Below the pieces are notes generated by a model. It saw only the letters and a program-made list of their open reading frames with translations. It did not search any database and was not told the DNA's origin. Of a DNA stretch of 64,000 nt, positions 11,128 to 24,317 are shown in pieces. Position numbers and translations under genes: made by a program. This DNA comes from Gonapodya sp. JEL0774. Taxonomy: Eukaryota. Where the stretch lies: assembly GCA_027604505.1 (NCBI GenBank), contig JADIIX010000113.1, forward strand, positions 1 through 64,000. Direction: 5' to 3'. Within the stretch, counting starts at the first letter, position 1, and each line of letters starts with the position of its first letter.

Positions 11128-13559
11128 ATGGCAAGCAAGGTGAGACCGCGGGTTGGATTAGACGTTCATGAGGAAGCACCCGATGGTGACTCAAGAGTCG
11201 GGTAACCACGAAGAAATATATGTTCATGATTGATTTTCGTGATGTTACGCCTGGATTGGACTGAGATTGGGCCTTTCGACTGCATTTGGCAAGATGTGGA
11301 ATAAAGGAAAGGTTACTTACCTGTTGCCGATTGGAGGCATGCGTTCGAGCTGCAAGCGAATTCACTGCGCGGCCTGAGGTTACCAGTGTTAAATGGACTG
11401 CTGGAGCGTTTCTCATCCTTCGTGTGCTGGGAAATATGCGAGCACTGTTATTCTGTGACGACCTGGCGATCACCTTCCTGACTCACAGTCTAACATACAT
11501 CTCTCTCTTGAACCAAACCTACTGTCCAAATAACAAGAGCGAGCCTTCTTTTCTCTCATCTTGCTGTGCATGCCTGTCCGGGGCGCAGGAGCCTGCCCCG
11601 CAGGAGAATGTCCCTCTCTCTTCTGCAGCTGCCCCTGCTCCACAAGTCACTGCAGTCGCTCCGAAGGCTCTACCCGAACCTCTCTCCACCACTGGCGCTC
11701 CTTCGCCTCCCACCTCGCCAGCATCAAGCTCTGCTTCGGTGGACTCGACAACGCAGCTGCCTCCAATTCTCCCAATCGTTAACTACGAAGAAATGCCCTT
11801 AGTAATTCGTGAGTATACCAATAAATGGAATCATTGAATCATTGTGGCCGGCATTGATTCTGGGAAGGTGGAACTCAGGGAGCCATCACATCCGTGCTGG
11901 AAGTGGATCGAGGAGATGGTTCGAGATGTGTTCAAGAATCGCGCGTTACTTTCCGATGACCTCAGAGAATCTTATTGCAAGCACTGCTTTGCGGTTTTAA
12001 TCCGAAAGAAAATTTGACATTTGGTGCGCAAATTCTCCCTCTGCCCCTCTCCGGCACAAATGTTCGCAGCCAACATTCCAGTTGCTACATTCCACCCCGT
12101 TCCCGCTCCGGAAGATTCAACCGCCGCACATCCCGCTGCTGCCGTTGCATCCGTTGTGGCGGTGGTAGAGCAGAGCAGACCGTCTGTTTCGGATGTGGCG
12201 GTTGAGGTTGCCCAGGTTGCTGCTAGGATGGTTGATGGTGAGTCCTTTCATCTACTTACTTTTCTAATTTCTGTCTTGCATGTGGACAGACAGGTGTCAG
12301 TCTGTCGGCGTAGAATCGCTCTCGCGATCAGTGGTGGCCCGCGCGTTTTCTTCGATCTCATTTTAGGCCCTCATGATTTTTTGGAATGACGACAATTTCT
12401 CCATTTGACACTCAGTGTAGTTCTGATTCTCACCTTTTCTCCTGCCTCTTCGCATTCCGATAGATCCCACGCACTCCTCTGATTCCGCACCAGCTACTTC
12501 CCCAAGTGGTGAGCCTGCGGTTGACACTACCTCTGCCTCTACGCCGGAGCCACAACCAGTGGCTGTCGAGGCCAAAGTGTCCGAACCAGAGATTTCCCCT
12601 GACCAGATTGTATCAGAATCTGCGGCGGCGGTGGCTGCCGAGATAACCATCCCCGGGGAGGTCGAGGCGGCGGAACCTCCAGCCGATGATCCCACAGTGG
12701 TTCCGGAACCAGCGTCAGCCACGGAAACCCCTGCTGATGAGACCACTGCGCCTGCTCTTACTACAGAAGAGCCTGTTGTTACCGCTGCGGATGAGTCCAC
12801 TGTTGTTGCTGCCGAGGTAGCTGTCGAAACTGTGGCAGAGGCGCCCGTGATTTCGGTTGCGGAGTCCATCTCTACACCTACTGTAACGCCTTCAGAGGTA
12901 CCCACCCCTGCTGCGGTAGTTGTGGATGAGGAAACACCCAAGGTGGAGGTTGCTGAACTTGCCGAGTCTGCTCCGGAACCACCCACGCAGCCAGTTGTCG
13001 AGGCCACCTCGTTGGCGCCGACACAAGTAGATCCCGAAGACACTCCCACTGTGGAGCCAATTCAGCCGGAGACCATACCCCAGGAAGAACCTGCTGCAGC
13101 AGAGCGTGAGTGTTGTCGTATCCCGTAACAAGGCTTTGTGCCCGTATCTCAAAATCTCGCTTGGATTCCGTGATTATGGTTCGCTCCCTCTCCACCAGCA
13201 CCCGTGCCACCGGGCCCACTGACCCACTCTGGAGTCCGCCGACTCGCCATACCTCCCAAGGACCAAATCGTGCCCGGTAAATTCTACGTGGCAAAACGGG
13301 GCTTCATTACTGACGTTGAAGGCGAGGTTGCAGTCAACGTGAAAGATATCTTGACGATTGAGAGATGGGTTGATGGACGAGACGGATGGGTCCAGGGTGA
13401 GTGAGAGTAGACGGAACACCATATCGAGCAATTACCTCACTGCATTTATTTTCCTCTACCTGGACCTGTTTCTGGGAAACCACATCGCCAGGTCAAAATG
13501 TCAAGACCAAGCAAAATGGCATGTTCCCTGCCGTGATCTTGGTTCGGGACTCTAACTAG
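11128..13559 (+). CDS. Multi-exon Pro/Ala/Glu-rich protein with C-terminal SH3 domain
   Basis: Low-complexity exons (11.5-13.1 kb); SH3-like YVAKRGFITDVEGEVAVNVKDILTI..DGWVQG|QNVKTKQNGMFP; TAG at 13557-13559; start exon (MASK|gtgag) is tentative. Confidence 0.6.
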
Positions 13560-14355
13560 TTCTGCGCGTCCGACTTGGCGATCTTGGAGAGGAGGTGTAT
13601 TCGACGTGTGAGGTCAGAATACGGAAAGTCTTTTTCTTTTTACTTCGCCGAATGAAATATCGAGTATGGGCATATCTTCAAGTTTGTTGAATACTCGATG
13701 TATGGGAACTTGGACGAACAACAGGGGCCTGGACAGGAGAAAGAGTTTGGATGGAAACGAACCTGGACTCTGAATACTGTATCGCTTTGCGAACTGGGTG
13801 CTGTACCACTTGGATTTTTTTTTTTTTTTTTTTTTTGAGATTTTCGACGCGATATCAAGTTCAGAATCGAAGTGTGTGTGGGGACTGATTCTGGAGGCCA
13901 CATTGGACGGTCACAGGTTGTTGCGAATCGATCCTAGTTGATGAAGGATTATGGTTACACCTCAATGGCGAGAGGTTTGACTGGAGAGGAGTGGTGGTGC
14001 CCCGCGTCTGTTCGATTGTATTCCTCCCCTGTCCGTGTGCGTCATTTCTTCGTACAAACAACCGAATATTTCATGTGGTGTAAGCTACATTCTCATACGT
14101 TATCTTTACGTAATTTAAAAACGTTATGAATCGTAGCAGTGAAACTGCTCCCAATTTATTGCGACAACGGCCCTTTCACTGCCAACACTATCCTGAAGAA
14201 TGCTATGTAGTATGGAATTCTGCATGTTGGTGACCGAATTATCATCACCAGGAAACAGAGGTTGCATGCAAACCTGTCGTGTACGGATGGAGGGGTGGCA
14301 GCTTCCCGAAGATTGGATCGATTCAACGAGCTCTTCGCCGACGTCGCGCCCAAAA

Positions 14356-16447
14356 ATGCCAGCCCAACCGACCACAATGGCTAAGGCCGTGGCGTCTGGC
14401 GTGCCTTCATCCTCTCTCTCCTCTCCAGAGACCCCTGCACAAACGGCCGCAGACCTCTCTGAATCGCTGAACCAGGCACGAGGATTGGTTGAGCCGCTTC
14501 GGGCAGGGGCAGAGTCTTTACGGGAAATTGTCGCGTATTGTCAGACGCTGTACTATCTCAAGCCCGAAGCAGCAGAGTCTGGCAGCGCCGCCGATGGAGG
14601 TACACGAAATCCTCCACCTTCTCGTGAAAAACCTCCCCCGGGCAAATCAAAATCAGGAAAAGGATTGTCGTCAATGAAAACTGGGGCTGGAGACCCCGCT
14701 GGAGCTTCGATTGGTCTCACAGTGCCTCCGAATGCATGTCCACCTGATCTTGCCGACCCACTTCGGTACGGCGCCGCGTACACACAGGCACGGGACTATG
14801 CCGTGCAAGCGCTTTCATCGGTTGCATATCAAGTTGGGGAAGTGGCAAGGGTGGTTCAAGACCTTGTTGTTGAGTTAGATGTCAAGGTCCTGGAACGAGT
14901 TCCGGCGAGACTAGACGCTGGCGCCCAAGTAAGTATAAACTACGCTTTTGTTGAAGAGGAAGTCTTGGGGTGAACTTGTCAAAGTCGGAATCCTTGGTAG
15001 GGAAGTGTGAGGCGCGAGGAGGTTGGCACATTTGGACCTTGTGGCGAGCCTCCCCGCGCTTAGGTGACTCACTGGCTCGCTCCTCTCTCGCGTATGCTGA
15101 CGGCTCATTATTCAGGACTACGATGAATACCGGAGGTCTCTTGGCCGTGCAGCACTCTCTTCTCTTCGATCCAAAGGTCCCACCGACAACGTAGGAATGA
15201 ATAACGGTACTACGACTTCATCTTATCTCATGCCGGCAGTAGAGCAAGTAGCCCCACCCGAAGGAATGGCGAGGCCACGAGGTCTTGCTCCCATCTTCCC
15301 CACCCGTGGGGGTCACACGCCCGCTTCCTCCTCTCTGAGCCTCCCAATGGAAACAGCCTCTCTCGTCTCTTCTGCGAACTCGGCATCGGCACAAAACGTC
15401 AATATTATCGGTCGTCTCACCCGCTCGAGTATGGCTACGTCCATGTCCTCAGTCCGCCGAACCCCGGACACGGCAAACATGCCGCCACCTCCAGCAGCTC
15501 CGAAACTTCCGAGCGCACTCCAACGAGTGGTCAGCTCTACTTCGGTTCAGGGAAAATCTACTGGTGGTTCTGTGGGAGGAGTGGCAGGCGCAGGACAATC
15601 CATCCACATACCTAGCTCGTCCACCACCTCCACGGACGCACCTGCGACATCCTCCTCGCTCTGCAGCGCTTCAGTGCGATTGAGCACGTTCCAGACAGAG
15701 CCCTCTCCATCTGTCTTTGGTGGCGGACCGGCGACCAGTGCGGGTCTGTTCAAAAGGTCGAGTACAGCAGGTGAGGGAGCCGGCAAGGGGTACGCATTCG
15801 GTGGCAAATCATCGGATGATGTTGCTTCTAAACCCCTGCCAGGAGAGTTTAAGCTTGGTCGGCTTGGTACTCTCACTGTGGAGCCCCCTGGTGTCTCCAC
15901 TCCAGGGTCGCCGACTGGTGCGGTTGCTCCCGAGACGGGATTCATTCTTGGCCGGCTCGCGCGGCCGGCAACGGGCACGCCAATCCTATCCGAGTCACAC
16001 TCCCACTCTCGGACCGCCTCGACCGACTCACTCGCACGTGCGTCCTCGGCCAATTCGCTGCAGCACGCCGGGTCCAGCAGCTCTGTTCAGCGGACCCCGA
16101 GTTCGGCCACCGGACCTGGCGGGACTCGTCAGGCAACGGGAACGCAACCCTCTGCATCGCGCGCCCGCCCCGCAGTGAGGGCGCCACCGCCACCACCGCA
16201 ACCCGTTGCGAGCCACCCACCAAGTCCTCTCGCGACTGTGCTGTACCCTTTCCAGCCCGAAACAGAAATGGAGCTGCACGTGGAACCCGGGTGGATCGTG
16301 CGTGTTGGGGGAGAGGATGTCGGAGAAGGGTGGTGCGAGGTGGAGGTCGTGGACGTTCGCGAGGGGCAACGAGAGGACGAGCGGGGTCGGATCGTGGGGA
16401 GAAAGGGACTTGTACCGAGGGGCTATGTGAAGGTTGATGGGGAGTAG
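14356..16447 (+). CDS. Abl-interactor (Abi)-like SCAR/WAVE complex subunit with C-terminal SH3; join(14356..14928,15116..16447)
   Basis: N-terminal LREIVAYCQTLY and YTQARDYAVQALSSVAYQV match the Abi N-terminal consensus (T..QSLASVAYQI); Pro/Ser-rich middle; SH3 VLYPFQPETEMEL..GW..GLVPRGYV; phase-0 GTAAGT..CTGAC..CAG intron. Confidence 0.75.
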
Positions 16448-18043
16448 CATTAGGTGGACACAATAGTGGACCCCGGTGGTAACCAAGTTAGCTGCTTGTT
16501 CGGGGAGCGGGCTCGTGTTTACCGTGGGTTTGATTCGAGTAGGGGGGTACGTGGATGCCGGAAAGGGCTGCGATTTGCTTATAAATTTTGTATAGATGCT
16601 TTCGTTTAAAGTGTCTGTTTCCGTTGCGAATGTCGCCATGCGTAAGGATGGGTCGACTCTCCACAAGTGAAAACGCAACCATTTAGCTTGCAATTAGGGA
16701 TGTCAAGGAGAAGTAAACCTGTGACATCCTCTTTTCAAACTGTTTTCAATTGGAGACGCGATCACAGTTCTGTAGATTTCTGGAATTCCCATGTAAACCC
16801 CGAGTTTCTGCTCACTGTATGTACTAAGAACGTGATGCACAAATGCCTAAAATTGTTAATTAATTAAAGACAGACATACTACGAGAAGTACTTGGCTTGT
16901 CAATAGTAATCTATCAGCAACTTTGAGACGCGGCGGCAAGTCCCGGTACTCCGATCGTCCAGCATTTGGAGAGATAAGAGAGATGAGTGAAGAGGACTAC
17001 CAAAAATTGATGGAGAGAATACGAGAGAAGATTGTTTTGAGAGATATGACGAGGCGTAAGAAGTTTGACATTTGAGAATGAAGAGCATATAATGGAGAAC
17101 GAATCCGTGAGTTGGTTCTCTGCAACACAAGTGGTAAGAGTGTGATAATATGCGTAGATGCAGTGCTTAGTATTGAGTAACGAGCTCATTTGAAATGGAT
17201 TTGAGATGATGTGTGATAGAGTATAATGTGTTTGAAGAGGATGAGGTGTTTCCCTCAGATAGTAGTGCAGCTCAGCTTCCGCCGATAGTGTCAAGCAATC
17301 CTCCCATTCAGTAGATCCATCCAGCAACCGGAGGAGGTGGGGGACCTCCGGCATTGAAAAGACGAAAATGGCAATTGGTGGGGAGCTTTCAGCCGCTCGA
17401 GGACAAATACATCTTCGCAGCATGTATTCAGTAACACTAACGCAAGGAGAGGAATCAATGTAATACATTCTGTGATTCGACTGGCTTCACATTGTTCTAC
17501 GTGCCGTATTACATGTCATAAATGGATGGCCGGAGCCAACAGAACTGCCTGTTTATAATTAATCGGGCGTTCAGGGATTCACAGCCAGGAAACTCACCCA
17601 CCCATATGAGGAAATGGCCGGTGTTTAACTGCTATACACGAGTGGGCAGACGGCCACACAGTTATGTATTAGGGTCATAAATCTGGTGGAACTTTATCCA
17701 TAATAGGGCCTATCGCTGTCTGTCGCGAGGAATCAGGGATCGCCCTAAAATTTTGCCGGATCCCGTGCTTATCGAGGAAGGCTGAGCACCCCACACCCAA
17801 ACCGCTCCCTTTTTGGGTAAGATCGAGTGCGAAATACAAATGATCGCACGCCAAAGCGGAATTGAATAAATAGTGTACCTCAGTAATTTTATGTTACAGA
17901 AGCAGCGCCCCTGCTGCCACTTTATTGCCTTTTTTGGGTGAGGAGGAATCGCCGAAGGTATTCCGGGGTATAATTCAATTGCACCTATATCTCCCGACAC
18001 CGGACACACAGTCCAGGACAGCGCCTTCGTAAACATTTTACCA

Positions 18044-20440
18044 ATGGAATCACAGACTGGTGCAAAGAGCGCGAAGACTCTGTCGGCGTGGCTGAAGGAG
18101 CCCTGGCGACCCGCGCGTCTGAAGAGCCCCCTTGCCGTGATCCCCCTGGCCGTGATTATCGCCCTTGGACTTGCACTCTGGTACGGTAGTGGTGGATACG
18201 ACACCGGGACTGCAGAGGACATGGGCGTAGTGCTCGCGGACACCGCAGTTTCCGCGGACATGACAGTTGCCGCGGACATCCGTCGTCTTGCCCTGGTGAT
18301 GCACGTCGACAAGAAACACATGACGGCGCAGATCGATTCAATTCGGAGATGGTCTGACCTGGCGTACGGTTACTCCATGTGTGGAACTGGGTCGGAAAAC
18401 CGCGGAGACGGTGTCCAGGTGGACATGGTTTGGCTCATCGCGGACGACGTAACCCACGAATCGGCAATGCTCATGCTGTCCCCCGAAGAATACTGGACAA
18501 GAGTCATGAGAGTCGCCTTGAACGCTTCGGTAGAGTGTTTTGGCAACCTGGTGGTGACGTTCGATAAGCCCCCCGCCACAGCAATCGAGACCGGATGCCG
18601 CGACTGCTCTCGGTTTTTCACCACCCTCGACGACCTCAAGGACCACTATGACTACTTTATGCAGCTAAGACCAGGGCTTGTGCCCATTCAGGCCCACTGG
18701 CTGGATTTTTTGGCGTCCGAGATCAAATCCGCAGGGGAGTTTTGGGTTCTGGGACCGTCGGCATGCGTGTCTGAAGGCGGGGTCGCAAATGCACGAAGCG
18801 GACACGTGAGCCCCTTTTCGGTATTTGGGCTGGACGCTGGATTCGTGGAGTTTGTGGGCAAAGTGAGAGATGCATTCCCACCCTTTGATGGATGCCCTCG
18901 AGGTGAGAGTTTTCTTTGAGACCTGCCGCCAAACAGATGGATGTCATTTATTGAAAAATCAATTCGCATACTTTTAATTACATTCTGCCGACCTGTTTGC
19001 AATTTTGCGGTTATTGATTGACCTCCCGCTTCCCATGATGATTGAGCTGCAGGCTGCAGCACAGGCCGCTTCGACGTTCTCGGGATTCAATCCACCTTCC
19101 GCCAGTTCCTGGAAGACCCCGTTCATCCCCTTCTGTACCGCACGGCAGCATTGGCAAAGATGGTACGCGCAAGGACCATCGTGGATTTGTGCGGGAGTGT
19201 GGTACGCGCAGACGAAGTGCACGCCGTACTCCCTGACGCCGCTCTTGTGCACGCCACCCTCGCACCCTCGGGTCAAAGCTCAACTAAAACAGAAGGGGCC
19301 CTCAACGCTCTCACGTCACCACCACCAGTACCCATTGACGAACCCCCCTCGGCCCCAGACGCTGACCCTCTGACGTTGTACCTCGCGAGCAAAGACGGCC
19401 ACCCCTACCTGCCACGCTGGCCCGCAGAGCTACACCCAGCCCCGGTGTCAGTATACCGGGCGATTCTAGACCGCTTTGTGACCGCATTTCCCGAGATGCG
19501 GTGCTGCATGGATCTGCTGTTGCGCCCAGGCATGATCGAGCCCCTGTACGAGGAGGAGCAGCGGGCGAATGCGACCCATCCGTGGGAGAGGGAGGCACTG
19601 CCGATGTACATCACGCATTATACTCCTTTGAAGGCACGGAAACAGTACTTGAGGTGAGTGTTCATGTTGGCGTGGAAGTAGGGTGAGCTGCGAACTCAGC
19701 CCCATCCCCACAACCGAAGAAACTGGCTCAAACCGCTGGGTATCAACCCTCGCCTTGTTGTCGGGTGGGACAAGCAGAACCTGAGCACCTCTGACGTATC
19801 GTGTATCGCACCCAGTCACGACCCCAAAGTCTTCCGACTTGGCGAGATCAGTCTCTCAGTGAAGCACACGGCCGTATTCGTGGACATGATCCGACGAGGG
19901 ATTTCACAAGCCCTCATCCTGGAAGACGACGCGGGAGAGGACCCGGAGATCGCCAAACTGGAGGGCAACCCGGGCGGCAAGGGCGTCATGCCTTCGCTGT
20001 CCGAGGTGTTCCAGTCCATGGTGGACGCCGTTCGCCTGGCGCCGTCCAACTACTCTGCCGTATTCACAGGAACGTGTCTGGGCATGCGCGCCGGTGGGGC
20101 AATGGACTCCCTTGTGGACGCCCAAAAGCGACTCAATTTTACAATAACGCGGCCTGTGGTGGTTGCCAGCGGTTTGTCCCGATGCACCCACGGGTATGTG
20201 CTATCGGCATGGGGCGCCCTGCGGATGGCGACCAGTCTACCGCTGGATGGACCGATCGACCATAGTTTCAACAACGGTGGACCAAAGAGTGGCCGGCGGG
20301 GCGACCCAGTGAGTCTTTATCACATGGAGCCGGCAGTATTGATACAGAGGGGGGATTTGCCGCATAGTGATATCAGGGTCGATGAAAGGAGGAGGAGGAG
20401 GCATCTTGCCGAGCGCACAGCCGCTGTGGATTGGAGGTGA
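18044..20440 (+). CDS. Type II membrane protein with C-terminal glycosyltransferase family 25-like domain and an additional luminal domain
   Basis: N-terminal TM (LAVIPLAVIIALGLALW); GT25 motifs YITHYTPLKARK, GEISLSVKH, ALILEDDA, CTHGYVLSAWGA, PIDH; introns about 18903-19052 and 19654-19719. Confidence 0.7.
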
Positions 20441-21694
20441 TGACGTGATCACGTGGATGTGTTATTGCGGATTCAGAGATGATTGGCGATTTGTACTGCA
20501 CGGGGTTTAGCGTATTCTGTGTGACGCGTTATCTGACCTGTCTGTAATAAAATTACTGCTGTATTCTGACTTGCGGCGCTTAAATCTGGCCTGGCGGTTC
20601 ATTTGTTTGCCCCAATTGTCTTTAATCTGACCTGGGCACCCCCACACAGACCACAGCAGTCGTACTTCAATGCCATGTCCATTTGACAACTCATGAAAGA
20701 AGCTACTGTACTCAAAAGATTTTCAATTTATTTTACGAGCATGATATAGATTCTAAATGTTCACTCCGGGTCGTCTCGTTTATTCTGAGGAACGGCTGGA
20801 CAAAGATGCCACGATGAACAGTAGGGAGGAGTTCCGTGTGCGATCGCTTTAGTACAAGTATATATGAACGAACTCGAGGAAAGAGGCTCCTCAATACCAC
20901 AATGATCACAGTGACTGTTTTCTGACTTGGCGTCTTTTTTCTGATACAGAGTAGCACCAATCAAAATGTTGTCAGATTAATGTGAGTTTCATTGTCATAA
21001 TAAAGTAAAATTGCAGGCAGAAAGAAGTAATTGCGAAACAGAAAAAAGAATTTGGGGAGGCAGATAAAAGGACCTCAGGTCAGATTGAAGTAAACGACTT
21101 ATCAGATAAAAGTACCGATGTGGGTTAGATAAAAGACTCCACGGGGTCAGAAAAATTATTTCCAGTTGGAGTGCCAGGAGAGTTGGCGCCAACCGGAGTC
21201 GTGCTCAGAGTATTCGATCGTACAGCGTAGGCAGAAAAGTAATCGACGGCAGCAGGTCGACTGAGAACACGTAGAACATATTCACGCAAAGATTGGCCAC
21301 CCGATAACTCGCTAGTTGTCAAGAAACCTGTTGCGCTACGCCTCAACTCGATGGCAGACCCCACCTGGCCCCCGCTATCGTTACATTTATATATATATAT
21401 ATATGGCTCCGTTTACAACGAGTACACTCATGCTCCTTTCCATACCACTTCCAGGTGAAATGCACGGTCGAACAAATATGGGTTCAGCTGGGATCTGCGC
21501 GCTCCGTTGAGTTCTAAAGCGGTGGCATTTCAAAACATTTTCGTTCAATTTACTTCGTTTCCTGGTCACAAATCAAGACAGGAAAGCAGACGCTTGACTC
21601 AGACGCTAAAATCAGACTGTACCCCGACCCCTCCTACCCCTCCACCCCCACGTGCCACTCCACCCACGCCCCCTGGCCCTCAACTAAACCCTTT

Positions 21695-23748
21695 TCACAA
21701 CCCCCCGACGTCCAAGTCCGCCGTAAACACCACCCTCTCTGTGTCCTTCCCATTCCACACCGCCTCCTTCTCCACCTCTCCTATCCCGTACACACTCACA
21801 TCCGCCCTCCACCCGCCCTCCACGATCGCCTTGACCATCAATGGCGTCTCCCGCGCCAACTCCGCGGGCGAAAACGCTCCAAACCCAGACCCAACAATTC
21901 TGAGGTTCACGGACCGCAACGCCGCGGCGGGCACGGTGGGCTCCCCCGGCGCGGTGTTGCCGATCTGCAGAAACTGGAGAGGCCGGCCCGGCGCGTCGTG
22001 CCGGGCCGCAGCGAGGGCGGACATGTACGTCCCGGCCTGGGCCCCCCACACAAAGTCGAGCACAACGTCCACGGTCGAGAGAGCCGCGGCGTGCTTGGGG
22101 TCGCCCAGATCGTCCAGGGGGATCACAGACGTGGCGCCCCACGACTCCGCGGCGGCCAGGCGGGGACCCGCGCGGGCCGAACCGATGATGGTGGCCGCGC
22201 CGAAATGTTGAGCGACCTAGGGGGGTGNNNNNNNNNNCGCCCCCCCGCCGGCCCGGCGCCGGCGCCCCCCCCCCCCCGCGCGCGCGCCGCCGGCCCCCCC
22301 CGCTCCGCCCCGCCGGCGCGCCGGCCCCCCCCGCCCCCCGCGGGCCGGGGCGAGCAATTGGAACGCGCGCGCACACGCGTCGTCGGGGGAGTGTATTATG
22401 TGCGTGTGTGGTTTTCGGTTTTGTGTGGGGGGTGAGTGGGTGAGGTGAGGTCGGTCGGTGGGTTCGTTTGCGGTGGAGTGATTGGGTGGTTCCCAGGTGG
22501 TTCGATCGGTTTTGATCGCGGTAACGAGGTTGGGTTACGACGTACGGTACGGTCAATTCGACCCACCCCTCATCTCCCGTCCCCCCCCTTCCCCCGCCCG
22601 CCACTCACCTTCACCGCCACTCTCCCCGACACCCCCGTCACGCCCAGAATCAAGACCGAGAATCCCGGGACAGGCTTGGGCTCTGTCCTCACGCTCAGCG
22701 CCATCCACGAGGCCATCACGGGGTTCACCAGGGCAGCCACCTGGACAGGGTCCGCAGCCAAAGCCAAGGCGCCTCCAGCGGCCGAGGCCGGAGCGGTGGC
22801 AACGGCCCACACAGACCTGGGCAGCACTTGGACGTATTCGGAGAAGGATCCGGCGTTCATGGTAGGGTTGGGGCTGGGGCCGGGGCTTGGTGCGGTGGAT
22901 GAGGACGTGGACGGGGATGTGGATGAGGAAAGCGATGGGGGAACGGGAAAGGGCACGCCGCCCGTGAGTGTGTTGAAGTAGACCAGAGCCCCCGTGGCCA
23001 GGTCGATGCCGACACCGTCGACGCCTGGGGGAAGGGGGAAGGGGAAGGGCGGGGTGTGGGATGTGGGGCGAATGTGGCCAAATCAGAAGGAGGTCGGAGG
23101 GGCGTCTTCGATTCGAACGGGAAATCACAAACGAAGAGGACGGGACTCTGCGGAACCAAACCAACGGCCAAAACAAAAAGTCCCCCCACACCCAAAACAA
23201 AACAGAAAAAAAAAAAAAAAAAAAAAAGAGCCTATTTTCGCGGGAGGGTGACAAATCCCCCTGTTTCCCCGTTGGGAAACTCCCACCACTACAACTGCGG
23301 AGAACAACACAGTCCTCCACGAAAAACCCTCATGAGTCACAACCGGCCCATCCACGTCCACGTCCCCTGGTGTTTTCGCGCCAGCCCGATGATTTCCCCC
23401 GCAGCCGTCGCCGTTGGCCGTGGCCGTGTGCGAGTCTCGTCTCGACCCAAGATACACATGCACATGCACGTGACATGCCATCACATTTACACACGTACCA
23501 GGCACGTGGGGCAGCCCGCTCTTTGCCGTGGAGTAGTGGGTTCCCTCAGCCCTGGCACGGACCAACCTGTGGAACGCGGTGGCGAGAACCTTGATATGGC
23601 GTGGCGCGGAGTCGCTTGAGTCGCTTGAGTCGGTGGTTGGGGGATGGGGGTTCTTGGCGGGGGTGGAAGGTGGCAGAGGGAGGGAGGAGAGCACGGGGGG
23701 GCGGCCCCAGGTTGTGACGGTTGCGATCTTGTATTCTGAGGCGGGCAT
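21695..23748 (-). CDS. Zinc-binding alcohol dehydrogenase/quinone oxidoreductase (MDR superfamily); spliced, spans an assembly gap
   Basis: GTHYS..LPHVPG, DGVG, GSFSEY, AALVNPVMASWMAL, VLILGVTGVSG (Rossmann), VDVVLDFVWG, LRSVNLRIVGSGFG. Confidence 0.8.
22228..22237. other. Assembly gap (10 N) flanked by near-pure G/C, probably low-quality sequence
   Basis: nnnnnnnnnn followed by about 110 bp almost devoid of A/T. Confidence 0.95.
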
Positions 23749-24317
23749 AGTGGGAATGGACACGATGGGGGGGTGGGGGAAAACGCGGATGTTTTGGGAG
23801 GGAGTCGCGGTGACGAGGTTGGTGATGAAAATGGGGTCAGGGGGTCATTGTTCTGGTTCAGCTGATTACGATCAGTTTCGTGAAGTGGGGGGGAGGGGAG
23901 GCCTCAGCCGTCGACTAGGCAAAAGTCAACCAATTTTATATTTATTATTCCTAACCCTTAGCCATTTATTACATACATGGGAGGCAGCGAGAGCGAGGGC
24001 CTCTCCACGAAGGAATAAAATCCGGAAACATGACGGGAACACGATGAAGCGTGCAATTATGGGGGGGATCTACGACAAAAATACATGAAATGGAAATTCA
24101 CAAAAATCTAGAGGGAAAGAGGGAGGGAGAGCGGGGGAAGAGAGAAGAGAGAAGGTGAACAGGAAATTGATTCCGATAAAAAAGACTCCGAACAGGTTCC
24201 GGTTGGGGATGGATGCTGCGGTCAACCGGTCAGGTTCCGAGACCCTTTTTATGTCCCAGACCCCAGAGACCGGCACCGGGCACAGGACAGACATCGACAG
24301 AACAGACAGGGAGAGCG

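Noticed and set aside
13815..13836. Poly-T tract (and poly-A at about 23206-23227) as retroposon tails
   Set aside because: No target-site duplication or associated element body; simple homopolymers
16860..17470. AT-richer stretch with a 184-aa minus ORF, possible transposon relic
   Set aside because: No transposase/RT motif, terminal repeats or recognisable domain
20700..21400. AT-rich island with short ORFs and a (TA)n tract
   Set aside because: No supportable coding or mobile-element signature
22238..22350. Near-pure G/C stretch as a G-quadruplex or special element
   Set aside because: It is adjacent to the N gap and breaks the MDR reading frame, so most likely low-quality base calls
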